Source of the DNA: a virus
Taxonomy: Duplodnaviria; Caudoviricetes
Virus record (IMG/VR): IMGVR_UViG_3300037634_002640
Location: 1-35,172 of that record
Length of the DNA: 35,172 bases
Strand: one strand, 5' to 3'
Made by a program: the position numbers and the translations under genes. The notes under the pieces were generated by a model, which worked only from the letters and a program-made list of their open reading frames with translations, had not been told where the DNA came from and did no database searches. Shown here one piece after another: positions 17,198 to 27,000 of this stretch. How positions within the stretch are numbered: the first letter of the stretch is position 1; the number at the start of each line of letters is the position of its first letter.

Positions 17198-19063
17198 ATG
17201 TCTAATTTAAAACAAACATCAATTATATCATCATCTTTATACGACAATCTTTTGTATAAAAATATTGCTTTGGTTCTTGGTAATAGTATTGCAACACCTA
17301 CAAATTCTGTTAATTCGAACTCAGAGGCTCTTGTAAATTCAAGCCTTGCATTTAGATTAACATCCAACAACTTTTTTAAAGTTGTTAAGGTTCCAAGTGG
17401 TGTTGATAGTAGATGGAAAATAGGATGTAGTCCTGGTTCGTATTCTTCTCTGCCATATGGTGTATATAATGAGAATAATTGGCCGCTATGGTCTTATAAT
17501 GGATTTTTGTATTTAATATTATCGAATTGTGCTACCAACAATCGGATTGACTTAGCAGGTTCTAATATTCCAAGTCACATGTTAACAGACACATCGGGAC
17601 ACATTGCTTTCACACCCGATAAGAATTTTGCATATGTGTGTGTGCAAAGTTTACCGGATACGTTATCTGAAACAAACAATAATTACATTCCAATAATTTC
17701 AATAAAGCCGAACCTGGCCCGGGGGAGTGAAAGGAAAAAAATTGATTCTTACAATAGTACAGAAACTGAAGTTTCCAACAAATGTGGACCTGGGAATCAA
17801 AGCAAATGTGGTTCGTGTTGTATCTATCATACAAATTTTGAATACAGCCCTATAACAGGATATACGTCGGACGCAGGAGATTTGTATGGATGTTTTGAAA
17901 CCCAATGTCATCATTGTGTTGAACTTGCGAACAAATTAGAGATGGATTACGTCTTTCATAGGGTAGTAGTGGGTGCAACAGCAGGGTGTTTATCTTGTGA
18001 TTCAGAAACGTCTTCTGATTGTGGAGTTTGTTCGTGTAGTATAGACCTGACGAATGAAAGTTATTATGAAAAGATACTAAACGACACAAATCTTTCTTCG
18101 TCTTTATCTTCGTGGCAGAATGCAAAGTTAGAAAAAATTAATAGCAAAGAACTTTCTGGAGGGGTGGCTTGTGTTTGGATAGATTTAGTTGGTTATAGCG
18201 AAGAAGCACGCCGGGTTTCGGATTCGTATAAAGATCAAACTTTATATGTTCCGTTAAAGGGAAACCTGGCTGTTTCGGGACGAGAAGCAAAAATTGAAAT
18301 ATCAACGGTTAAAGATTTTAATAATAATGTGATGATAGATGGAATAAAATTTCCATCAGATCCTGGTCAGGGTTATGTTTCGGCAGAAATAAACGAAGAA
18401 ATATGGAATGCAATGTTTCCTTCAATTAGTATTAATTCTCTTAGAGTAGAATTGATTCCTATGGGCGGGTTTTTAGCAAACCTTGATAGAATGTTCACTA
18501 CGGGAATGTTAATTTCAAAAATTATAAAAAGAAGTGACATTGAATCTAGCGAGACAATTCAAACCAATTTTAATCAATGGAGTCTTCAAGAAATATTTGA
18601 TGAAAATGGTATGAATATATTTTCTGGATATGCTCCACTACAATCAAAGGTGCTGAACCTTTCCTCCGCTATAGCGGCATTCACCCCATCACCGCTATCA
18701 TCTCTCACGTATGAAACTGAGTCAAGTACAAAGATTACTTTTGATAATGAAAACCCATTCACAAACACCACATTAGATGATAGGATCAAAAAATTTAAAC
18801 CAACAAGTAACACCACTGGCATATTTGAGATTTCTTCTGCATCTCCCGAAAGATATGTTGAGGGAGTTTCGTTTACCGATGGTAATGACAATCCTTGGAC
18901 CATTTCAAACGTTACACGACCAACAACAGATGCGGAGACTTCGATTGTTTCTACTAAATCTGTTGTTCATCACCTAGAAAAAACTGCCATAGATACTACT
19001 GTACACCCCAACATTTCGACGAAAACCTGGCGATTTCAGATTTATTTGGGTCCGTCAGATTAG
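17198..19063 (+). CDS. Baseplate wedge subunit gp8-like, divergent, with Cys-rich insertion
   Basis: Position after gp7; weak motifs (W..G..Y, LYLILSN, DPGQGY..A, I.P.GG). Confidence 0.55.
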   Translation: MSNLKQTSIISSSLYDNLLYKNIALVLGNSIATPTNSVNSNSEALVNSSLAFRLTSNNFFKVVKVPSGVDSRWKIGCSPGSYSSLPYGVYNENNWPLWSYNGFLYLILSNCATNNRIDLAGSNIPSHMLTDTSGHIAFTPDKNFAYVCVQSLPDTLSETNNNYIPIISIKPNLARGSERKKIDSYNSTETEVSNKCGPGNQSKCGSCCIYHTNFEYSPITGYTSDAGDLYGCFETQCHHCVELANKLEMDYVFHRVVVGATAGCLSCDSETSSDCGVCSCSIDLTNESYYEKILNDTNLSSSLSSWQNAKLEKINSKELSGGVACVWIDLVGYSEEARRVSDSYKDQTLYVPLKGNLAVSGREAKIEISTVKDFNNNVMIDGIKFPSDPGQGYVSAEINEEIWNAMFPSISINSLRVELIPMGGFLANLDRMFTTGMLISKIIKRSDIESSETIQTNFNQWSLQEIFDENGMNIFSGYAPLQSKVLNLSSAIAAFTPSPLSSLTYETESSTKITFDNENPFTNTTLDDRIKKFKPTSNTTGIFEISSASPERYVEGVSFTDGNDNPWTISNVTRPTTDAETSIVSTKSVVHHLEKTAIDTTVHPNISTKTWRFQIYLGPSD

Positions 19064-19079
19064 ATAAGAAAGAGATATA

Positions 19080-20138
19080 ATGCCTTATAATACATTACCA
19101 TTCCATACCGGCGGCTCAATTGGTTCCTTTCCGCTATCACCTGCTCCATATTTTAGTCGGGTAGAAGATCAAGAACTGGATGTTAATTCGACCGATCATA
19201 TAGGCGATAATGCATCCAATACTAAAAAATATCAAATGTTGGCATTCAGACCAGGGTTTGCTTTACAGGCATCAGAATTGAACGAAATTCAAGAACACTT
19301 TCAAATGCAATTAACTTTGTCTATAACGATGATGCACAATTGGATTTCTTCGGGGTTAGGAACACATTGGGGCGAATGGGACTCAGATAGTGTTTCGGGG
19401 GGTAGTCTAACAGCACCTGTCGATGTTCCAAATACCGGAATAGGAGTTGGAGGATACATAAACAATGGACAAACTATCCATAATAACCAATATGCCATCA
19501 CTGCTCCTGGGTGGCGTGGCTCATGTCCGTTACATCCGTTTCATTGTTCTTTTCAGTCGGGGGATAATTTTAATAAATTTCCTGTAACTGTGCAGAAATT
19601 TTCTTTACCTGTTCCAAGATATGAAGTTTCGTTTTGGCCAGGTTGGTGGTTGGTTGAAGTTGGTGGGTGGTGGGATGGGACGATAGGTGAACCCCCCGAA
19701 GATAATAGCGGTGTTCCAATTAGTGGTATGAAACATTGGGTATATTTGGACGGTATAAAACCCGACACACCATTATATACATTATCGATTAATGATAGTG
19801 ATGAGGATAAAGAAATTCCGATGGGGTTTACAATTGTTTCTAAATATTATAGTTGTTGTCAGGAAGATGCAGATTTAAATTGTGATCCCACTTTAGCAGA
19901 TAATGCCAATGGGGGCATTCCGAACGATGTTGCGTGTGGGGCCAGCCGATATGCAATAGAAGTTATAGGCGCAAATTTTGTAGATGTGAGTGGTGGTGAT
20001 TGGGGCGATCATAATTCTGAAGATTCAGATTTTGCAGCAAGAGAAGAACTTAGTTTAGTGTGTACCCTAAACCCAGCAAGAAAAACACTAAGATACATGA
20101 ATAATTTGCTCATATACAGAGAAATTGCGAACATTTAG
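19080..20138 (+). CDS. Virion structural protein with DUF4815-type N-terminus (short form)
   Basis: PYF, KYQMLAFRPGFALQASELNEIQ signature; follows the gp8-like gene as in marine T4-like phages. Confidence 0.72.
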   Translation: MPYNTLPFHTGGSIGSFPLSPAPYFSRVEDQELDVNSTDHIGDNASNTKKYQMLAFRPGFALQASELNEIQEHFQMQLTLSITMMHNWISSGLGTHWGEWDSDSVSGGSLTAPVDVPNTGIGVGGYINNGQTIHNNQYAITAPGWRGSCPLHPFHCSFQSGDNFNKFPVTVQKFSLPVPRYEVSFWPGWWLVEVGGWWDGTIGEPPEDNSGVPISGMKHWVYLDGIKPDTPLYTLSINDSDEDKEIPMGFTIVSKYYSCCQEDADLNCDPTLADNANGGIPNDVACGASRYAIEVIGANFVDVSGGDWGDHNSEDSDFAAREELSLVCTLNPARKTLRYMNNLLIYREIANI

Positions 20139-20184
20139 TTTTGAGGTATTTTATACATATTTTCAAAAAAAAAGAGATTAACAT

Positions 20185-22572
20185 ATGGTAGATTTTGAAG
20201 AACGAGGAACAGAAGATAACCTATATCAAATACCCTATCTGACTGAAACAACAACGTTTGCAGATTGGGTTAGTCACTATAATACACTTATAGTGAATAA
20301 ATTAAACCAAGAGGTCATATACAATGGCGTTTCGGGGAATGGTATTGTGTTTACACTAGGAACGACGGCACCCAATGATCCAGTAGGCGGCGAAACGTCA
20401 GGGCCAGATTTAGCATCAGGAGTTTTTAGATGTTCAATAGCGGAGGTAATACCACAGGGAATCACATTCAACGATGATGTTACAATCAATGGTGAATTGC
20501 ATTATGATTTAACTCGGGTTGAACTTCCTACAATAACAAAAAGAATTAATCCGTGGTCTAGTGATGGGGTGGGGGGGATAACAGGCACAAGAGGATTTAC
20601 ATTGGGCAATCCTGTCGTGGTGAATAGTGAAGGCAATTATCAATTAGCACAGGCCAACAATGCATGTGGGGCAGAAGTTGTGGGTATAGTTTCAGATGTG
20701 GTGTATCCTTCAGTCCCACCATATACAGATGCAAACACTTATGTTGAACTTACTCTTGCTGGGAAAATTTCAGGAGATTTTAGTAATGTTATTGGTGCGC
20801 ATGATGGATTAACAGGTGGATCTGTTTACTTCCTAAGTCCCGGAATCAGCGGCGAAATAACACCGATAGAACCATCAATAGGTGGTCATGTGTCTAAACC
20901 AGTTATGGTGGGCGTTACATCAGATGTTGCTTATGTTATGAATTATAGGGGTCAGTTGTTGCAAGGTTCTGGTACGGGTGGTACTGGGGGCATAGACAAT
21001 AATCAATTTATAGTTAATGTTGCAGCAGGAACAACGTTAGCAAGAGGCGATGTTGTTGGTTATAAGCCTGGCGAGGGACACAATAACGAGGGTTGGTTTA
21101 CAGCCAACATAAGCAACAACCAATTTATAGGCAATTCTGTTGGGTTGTGTACCACGGATCCGTATGAGGTGGATAGTCAAGAATATATTCAGTTGATAAG
21201 TAGTGGTTTTGTGGACAATATTCCATGTGGCAATGTGGAAGGTTTGTTATATGTTGGTGATGATGGTAAACTTACAAGTGAGTACCCAGGAGAACCATCC
21301 AAACCGTTTGCAATATCTTGGTCTACAAGTGGAACTGGAGTTGGACCATATCGCGGAATAATCATCAATCAAAACCATAACGGAGGTGGTGGCGGTGGCG
21401 AAATCGCGGGGGGAGGTGGTGGCGGAAACGCAATCGCGGCGGGAGGTGGTGGAAGAAATTGGGCATATAGGTCAACTTCTACTGGAGTAACATACGGCAG
21501 TGCTGTTAATGAAAACCTTTTAATCAACGGTAATTTTGATATATGGCAAAGAGGAATAGGTGTTGATTCTGTTTATGGTGCTACTGGAACGACATATTTT
21601 GCTGATAAGTGGGTACGGATTGATGGTGTTTCTGGTGGTGGTGGTGTAGCAGGGGCTTATACAATTCAGAGGCAAAATTTTACCTCTAATCAAACTGAAG
21701 TTTCTGGAAAACCCCAACATTATGTTAGGATTACAAATCCAATAACTTTACCAACTAATGGGGATTTTGTTTATATTGAAAACAGAATTGAAGATGTTCG
21801 TTCTCTAAGAAACGAGGACGTAACACTATCTTTTTGGGGACGGCAAGAAGATGCTGGTGAATCGATGTTGGGCGTTGTTGTTAACCAGTATGATGGATCA
21901 AATTTATATACTACTTTCCCTGTTGTTGTTTCTTTGGGATCATTGTGGCGCAAATATGAAGTTTCTTTTACTGTTCCAAACATCGAAACAACGCCCACAG
22001 GAAAACATTATTTAGGAATTGGTTTCGACAGCACAATAAGCGGCTCCTACACGTCTGGAGCCTTTAATTTAGCAATGGTAAAACTGGAAAGAGGATTAGT
22101 AGCAACAACCAACGATTCGGTTGTAGTAGAAGATGAACTGGATCGTTGTAGAAGATATTATCAAAGAAGTTATAGCGTGGACCAGAAAAATGCTACTGAA
22201 ACAATGTTTGATGTAACACGACCTGATGTTACGGTTGTTGATTTTTTGGTTACGCCTAATAAAGATTTATACCATCGGTTCCCCATTCCAATGCGAGATA
22301 CACCAAATATAACGTTTTATTCTCCCAAAGGTGGATACACAGGAGATGCATATAATAGAACAGCAAACAGAAATCTATTAAGGTGTAGTGGTACACGAGG
22401 ATATAATAATGAACCAAGAATTGTTTCTGTTGGTGCTACTACTATCAATACTGATGTATGGAACAAAAACGGAATGCGCGTGATTGTTGCTGCTGGTGGA
22501 GTATTATTTGACAGCATTTCTTTTCACTATGTTGCAGACGCTGATTTAAATGATAACATGCCTAATGTGTAA
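20185..22572 (+). CDS. Tail fibre/adaptor: N-terminal TTTFADW anchor, two small beta-rich repeat modules, Gly linker, C-terminal carbohydrate-binding-like jelly-roll
   Basis: AQAN...AEVVGIV..., G..YFLS...G.IT..EP....VSKPV modules; NLLINGNFDIWQRG...ADKW, VTLSFW, VKLERG..AT and ELDRCRRYYQRSY motifs. Confidence 0.75.
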   Translation: MVDFEERGTEDNLYQIPYLTETTTFADWVSHYNTLIVNKLNQEVIYNGVSGNGIVFTLGTTAPNDPVGGETSGPDLASGVFRCSIAEVIPQGITFNDDVTINGELHYDLTRVELPTITKRINPWSSDGVGGITGTRGFTLGNPVVVNSEGNYQLAQANNACGAEVVGIVSDVVYPSVPPYTDANTYVELTLAGKISGDFSNVIGAHDGLTGGSVYFLSPGISGEITPIEPSIGGHVSKPVMVGVTSDVAYVMNYRGQLLQGSGTGGTGGIDNNQFIVNVAAGTTLARGDVVGYKPGEGHNNEGWFTANISNNQFIGNSVGLCTTDPYEVDSQEYIQLISSGFVDNIPCGNVEGLLYVGDDGKLTSEYPGEPSKPFAISWSTSGTGVGPYRGIIINQNHNGGGGGGEIAGGGGGGNAIAAGGGGRNWAYRSTSTGVTYGSAVNENLLINGNFDIWQRGIGVDSVYGATGTTYFADKWVRIDGVSGGGGVAGAYTIQRQNFTSNQTEVSGKPQHYVRITNPITLPTNGDFVYIENRIEDVRSLRNEDVTLSFWGRQEDAGESMLGVVVNQYDGSNLYTTFPVVVSLGSLWRKYEVSFTVPNIETTPTGKHYLGIGFDSTISGSYTSGAFNLAMVKLERGLVATTNDSVVVEDELDRCRRYYQRSYSVDQKNATETMFDVTRPDVTVVDFLVTPNKDLYHRFPIPMRDTPNITFYSPKGGYTGDAYNRTANRNLLRCSGTRGYNNEPRIVSVGATTINTDVWNKNGMRVIVAAGGVLFDSISFHYVADADLNDNMPNV

Positions 22573-22603
22573 CCTACATAAACCTAAACCGGAGTAAGTT
22601 TAT

Positions 22604-23899
22604 ATGTCAAGTTGTAATACTAGTTCAAATTTAAGCGGTAATATTAACGTCAATAATATTACCAGGAGTGGGTCACGTTTGTTGATGACTATTCCTATTG
22701 ATGGTGTTTCTGGTGGGTTTGGACCTGGATCGTTAGGAGCCACCGCTATGGATGGAGTCACTGCTGGTGATGTCATTCGGTATAACACGAGTACTAATCT
22801 ATATGTGAAGTCGCAGGGAAACAATTCAGAAAACTCTGAAGTTGTGGGCGTGATTGAGACTGCTGATTCGGTAAACAATGTGATAGATGTTGTATTATGT
22901 GGCCAAATTATTTATCCGGCTGACAGATTTACTAATGCAACACACATTGATCCTGTCCAGGGGGCGTTAGGGGCTTCTGGCGGGAACGATATTTATTTTC
23001 TCAGTGAAGTTACTGCTGGGTATATCCAAAATCTTGCTCCGAATGAACCAACCACAATCGCAAAACCAGTTCTTCAAGTTGCATCAGATGGTATTTTTAA
23101 TGCTAATGTGGTTAACTACATTGGATACCAAATTGGTGGAAATGCTGTTGCCGAAGAAACATTCACAGAACCAGTGGGTGCAAAAAAGATGGTTTTTAAT
23201 TTTAACGAGGATGAACTAAACAATAGTTTAGGAAAGGATTGGCATCGAACAGATAAAAAAACATTTCTTCCAATATCACCCCTGGATTTATATGCTTCCG
23301 ATTATGAGGGACGAACATATAACGAATCATGTCAAATAATTAAATCAGCAGGGAGCCGAATTAAGTGTGTTGTTTCTTCGTATATGGATTATTCGTCGAT
23401 GGTAGGAAAGAAAGTTGTTCAAAAAGATTCCCTCGGAAATATAACTGGCGAGTGGACAATTGTGGTAGCAGATAATGTTAATAACACGCTATGGCTACAT
23501 GGCAATTTGAAACAAAATGTTGATGCTTCTAATTTTATTCGAATTGATAATACATCATATACAATTTCAAGTTCTGTTATTACTGCTTGCATGCTTCCAA
23601 GATATGCTCGAACACACATGAATAGCAGTTTCACTTCATTTACAGGTAAAGTTTTTTCTATCCCAGAAATTCCTATAATGTATGCACCACCAGACGGGGC
23701 GGCGGGGATGGCTGTGACTCTTGTTGAAGAAATGACACTTTCTAAACTGATAGTACGCGAAGAACTTCTTCTTGAAAATGCATCAGTAACGGTTTCCGAT
23801 ATTGCAGGACTTTTAAATGATATGAAAAATTCATTGAATGTGTTGGAACGAAAAGTTCTGAACGCATCAACTTCTTTTTCTCAAATCAACAATAAGTAA
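22604..23899 (+). CDS. Virion fibre/adaptor protein sharing the EVVG..YFLS..KPV module with the upstream gene; predicted C-terminal coiled coil
   Basis: GDVIRY...YVKSQGN..ENSEVVGVIE, IYFLSEVTAG...LAP.EP..IAKPVL; C-terminal IAGLLNDMKNSLNVLERKV. Confidence 0.65.
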   Translation: MSSCNTSSNLSGNINVNNITRSGSRLLMTIPIDGVSGGFGPGSLGATAMDGVTAGDVIRYNTSTNLYVKSQGNNSENSEVVGVIETADSVNNVIDVVLCGQIIYPADRFTNATHIDPVQGALGASGGNDIYFLSEVTAGYIQNLAPNEPTTIAKPVLQVASDGIFNANVVNYIGYQIGGNAVAEETFTEPVGAKKMVFNFNEDELNNSLGKDWHRTDKKTFLPISPLDLYASDYEGRTYNESCQIIKSAGSRIKCVVSSYMDYSSMVGKKVVQKDSLGNITGEWTIVVADNVNNTLWLHGNLKQNVDASNFIRIDNTSYTISSSVITACMLPRYARTHMNSSFTSFTGKVFSIPEIPIMYAPPDGAAGMAVTLVEEMTLSKLIVREELLLENASVTVSDIAGLLNDMKNSLNVLERKVLNASTSFSQINNK

Positions 23900-23919
23900 A
23901 CAGAAGATGAGATTATAAT

Positions 23920-26900
23920 ATGACAATAATCGGAAGCAGTTATTACAGACCAATAGATGGTGGTGTGACAGCAGGTGGTACTGGACCAACTGGACCTGCT
24001 GGGCCTGCTGGACCAACTGGGCCTACAGGAGAAGGTCCGACTGGACCAACCGGGAACACGGGAGATGCCATCATATCAATGTATGTTACTGGTGGTAAAC
24101 TATTAACTATTTTTGAACGGGAAGATGGTACTACATTTGATTATATAACACCAACGGATATATTTGGTCCTACGGGTGGGTATAAACTTTATATTGATGG
24201 TAAAAATGTGGGTGTTGGTGCAACTGTGTTTGCAACAAGACCTGAATATAACGAGATAACACTTCGTTCTATTAAAATAATAGGAGAAGGGGCATCTGCT
24301 GATTATTTAACATTAACTCAAGATTCTTTATTGAACACAATAAATATTCATTATGATATTGGAGAAAGTGGTTATTTCAATGCTGTATTAGGAAGCACTG
24401 GTCAACTTGGAGGTTTCACTGGCGATCCTATTTCGTTTTATGGAATCACAGGAACAACATATGACCAATATCAAAATGCAATTAATGTTTCTGTTCGAGA
24501 TTTTAAAGAACGCTCTAAGTATTTAACAGTAATAGAAGCGGACGAGCAAAATGCAGGTACAGCCGATTTTTATCAAGTCAATCCAGGTGCCGATGTGCAT
24601 TATGAAGGTTATATAAATCCAAACGAAGCAAAACTCTTTAAATTAGATATGTCTCAAGTATCTGGAGTGCCTGATAATGGAGCCACTGCTGCTGCTATTG
24701 TTAACATTCAAGATGCAGGTTTTGGTTATACTGGAAACAATATATCCGGTTATAACAAAATTAGTAAAGCATTCACACTTATTGTTAATTACGCAACAAA
24801 TTCGAAGAACCATGACTATCGATTTACGAATGTAATTTGGCCTTTCAAAAAACAACCTTGTTTTAGCGGCGGAACTGATATTTTTAATTTCTTTTGGCTT
24901 CCATGTACACCAGAAGATATGGATGGTGATGAGGTATATGAATTTTGTCCGAATGGATATTCATGGTACGGCAATGTGGTTCAGTGGGAATCGTCTTCCG
25001 CAAAAGGAGTTACATTGGCATTTGAATGCAACCAAAATAGTGGTGGCTATATGTCTATGCCTGCGGGTGTGGGTGGTAGAAATAGTCGTTATAGAGAAAA
25101 TGTTATGGACTATCCGGGAATAGAAAAAAATGAATTTGGAATAACAGGAAGCACTGGTGCTTGTTGTCTGGGTGATGACGTATGTGTTCATACTACTGAA
25201 AATCTTTGTTATGGATATTATTTTGGAAATGGTTCTACTTGTGGATCAACTTTCGGTGGGGGGATTACAGGATCTTGTTACTCGGAAGGTCCATGTTGCG
25301 TTCACTATCAAGACATCGATCAAGTAAAATGTTTTGAAAACTTATCTGTAAACGAGTGTATATCATTACGAAAATTATTAAAGGTTTCAACTGTGTTTGG
25401 TGGAAGTGGAGGTTCCTGTGAAGAAATAGATTGCAGTATGTCGTCCAAGGGGGTGGGGGCATGTTGTGCTGGTAATGGAATGTGTGAATATTTAACAAAC
25501 GAAGATTGTAGGAATAAAAATGGAACATTTTTAGGTGCTGGTGTTCCTTGTGTTTCTTATAACGGCATTGAAATGTGTTCGGGTGGGACTGGTGCTTGTT
25601 GTAGTGGATCTACTTGTTCTATTATGTCTGGAGAGAATTGTTTAAGTAATGCTGGTTATTATGCTGGACATGGAATTTCATGTGACCAAATCAAGTGTCA
25701 TACAAATATTGGTAATATGGATTATGAAGTGTCTTCATTGGATCTTCAACCAGGAGATTTGTTTGCTGGTGGTATGGTGGTTGGACTTTATCGACCTATG
25801 AATTCTTGGTTGGTTGGTTCTAATAGTTTCGGTAAGTCTCAATTTTCTGACTGGGATGAATTAATGATAGGAGCAGTGGGCTCAACAGCAGATGTTGGAC
25901 TAAATTGCGGTAGATACCGTTCTAAATATGATCATCATGGGTATGGATGTACTTCAGATGGCCCTTGCCCAAAGCAATCGATGGAAAATATAGATGATGC
26001 GTATTATATTATTACTTCACTATCTCCCATATCAATAACAGGTGATAGAGAAGTTGTTAATGTGATAGATGTCCCAGATGCAGAAACAGAGTTTTATTGG
26101 GGAAATTACGGAAGTTCTTGGGGACCAATATACAACCAAAACACTCATAAATACGACGATTTAAATTCGGAATACAAGGAAAAATTTAAAATTCGTGAGG
26201 GCTATTGGTACAACGAATCTGTTGGTAATACATCACTGAACAATATTCCAATAAATACATTCAATTCGTGTGTAAGTGCGAGGGTGTTTGGTAGTGGTGG
26301 AATAGAAAAAACACTATATTCTCCCAACCAAACAGCACATGGTTTTTGGAAAAGAAATTGGGGATTATATAACAACATTCGTGCAATTAGTGCTGACAAT
26401 GCTTTGTATATGAAATACACAGATTCAAATGATAATTATACACCGGCTCAATTTGGTCCTTTGTTGTCGCCCCCAAACATTTCCGCCTTTCGTGCAGTTA
26501 GACTTTTTGACGATGCGTTGTCTGGAACTGGTGGTGATAGTGGTTCGATAGGAGGAAATCCACCCGGTGTTTCTTCTTGGTATATTCCTAGTCATGACGA
26601 ATTGTCTTTTATTGCGGCAAATTGTATAACAAAATCGCCATATGGTTTTAATCTTAATTCCCACCTTATTGCGAATGAAAAAGGAGTTCCGTTTGATGAT
26701 TGGTATTGGTCATCAACTGGTGCTTTTGATGAAACAAAGGGATTCACTGCTGGTGTTGGTGAAGGAATTGTTTCGGGAACGCAACTTACTAATACAAAAC
26801 CCGGATCTTTGTCATGGGCAATAAAGTTTGATGTGAATGGAAATCGACAAGATTTTTTGGATGGAAAAAAGAATAGAACAGAAACCAAACACCAAATAAG

Positions 26901-27000
26901 ACCTATAAGAATTATTCGTTTGGATGGGAAAAATTCAATAAATAAATTATGGGATCTTCCAAAAGTACTTAGAGATTCTGACAAAGGAATTAATCAATAA
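23920..27000 (+). CDS. Collagen-headed Cys-rich tail fibre with C-terminal DUF1566/Lcl-like (CLec-fold) domain
   Basis: MTIIGSS, GPT/GPA triplets, WPF..QP.FSGGTDIFNF, four GACC/GPCC repeats, LQPGDLFAGG, WYIPSHDEL, YWSST, SWAIKF and IRPIRII motifs. Confidence 0.78.
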   Translation: MTIIGSSYYRPIDGGVTAGGTGPTGPAGPAGPTGPTGEGPTGPTGNTGDAIISMYVTGGKLLTIFEREDGTTFDYITPTDIFGPTGGYKLYIDGKNVGVGATVFATRPEYNEITLRSIKIIGEGASADYLTLTQDSLLNTINIHYDIGESGYFNAVLGSTGQLGGFTGDPISFYGITGTTYDQYQNAINVSVRDFKERSKYLTVIEADEQNAGTADFYQVNPGADVHYEGYINPNEAKLFKLDMSQVSGVPDNGATAAAIVNIQDAGFGYTGNNISGYNKISKAFTLIVNYATNSKNHDYRFTNVIWPFKKQPCFSGGTDIFNFFWLPCTPEDMDGDEVYEFCPNGYSWYGNVVQWESSSAKGVTLAFECNQNSGGYMSMPAGVGGRNSRYRENVMDYPGIEKNEFGITGSTGACCLGDDVCVHTTENLCYGYYFGNGSTCGSTFGGGITGSCYSEGPCCVHYQDIDQVKCFENLSVNECISLRKLLKVSTVFGGSGGSCEEIDCSMSSKGVGACCAGNGMCEYLTNEDCRNKNGTFLGAGVPCVSYNGIEMCSGGTGACCSGSTCSIMSGENCLSNAGYYAGHGISCDQIKCHTNIGNMDYEVSSLDLQPGDLFAGGMVVGLYRPMNSWLVGSNSFGKSQFSDWDELMIGAVGSTADVGLNCGRYRSKYDHHGYGCTSDGPCPKQSMENIDDAYYIITSLSPISITGDREVVNVIDVPDAETEFYWGNYGSSWGPIYNQNTHKYDDLNSEYKEKFKIREGYWYNESVGNTSLNNIPINTFNSCVSARVFGSGGIEKTLYSPNQTAHGFWKRNWGLYNNIRAISADNALYMKYTDSNDNYTPAQFGPLLSPPNISAFRAVRLFDDALSGTGGDSGSIGGNPPGVSSWYIPSHDELSFIAANCITKSPYGFNLNSHLIANEKGVPFDDWYWSSTGAFDETKGFTAGVGEGIVSGTQLTNTKPGSLSWAIKFDVNGNRQDFLDGKKNRTETKHQIRPIRIIRLDGKNSINKLWDLPKVLRDSDKGINQ

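Noticed and set aside
1884-20138. Bacterial eCIS/T6SS/tailocin locus
   Set aside because: The gp4 head-completion gene and T4-type gp26/gp48/gp53/gp6/gp7 order indicate a phage; no T6SS membrane complex or eCIS ATPase is seen.
23920-27000. Active diversity-generating retroelement
   Set aside because: No reverse transcriptase or template repeat is seen in this window; only the compatible target fold is reported.
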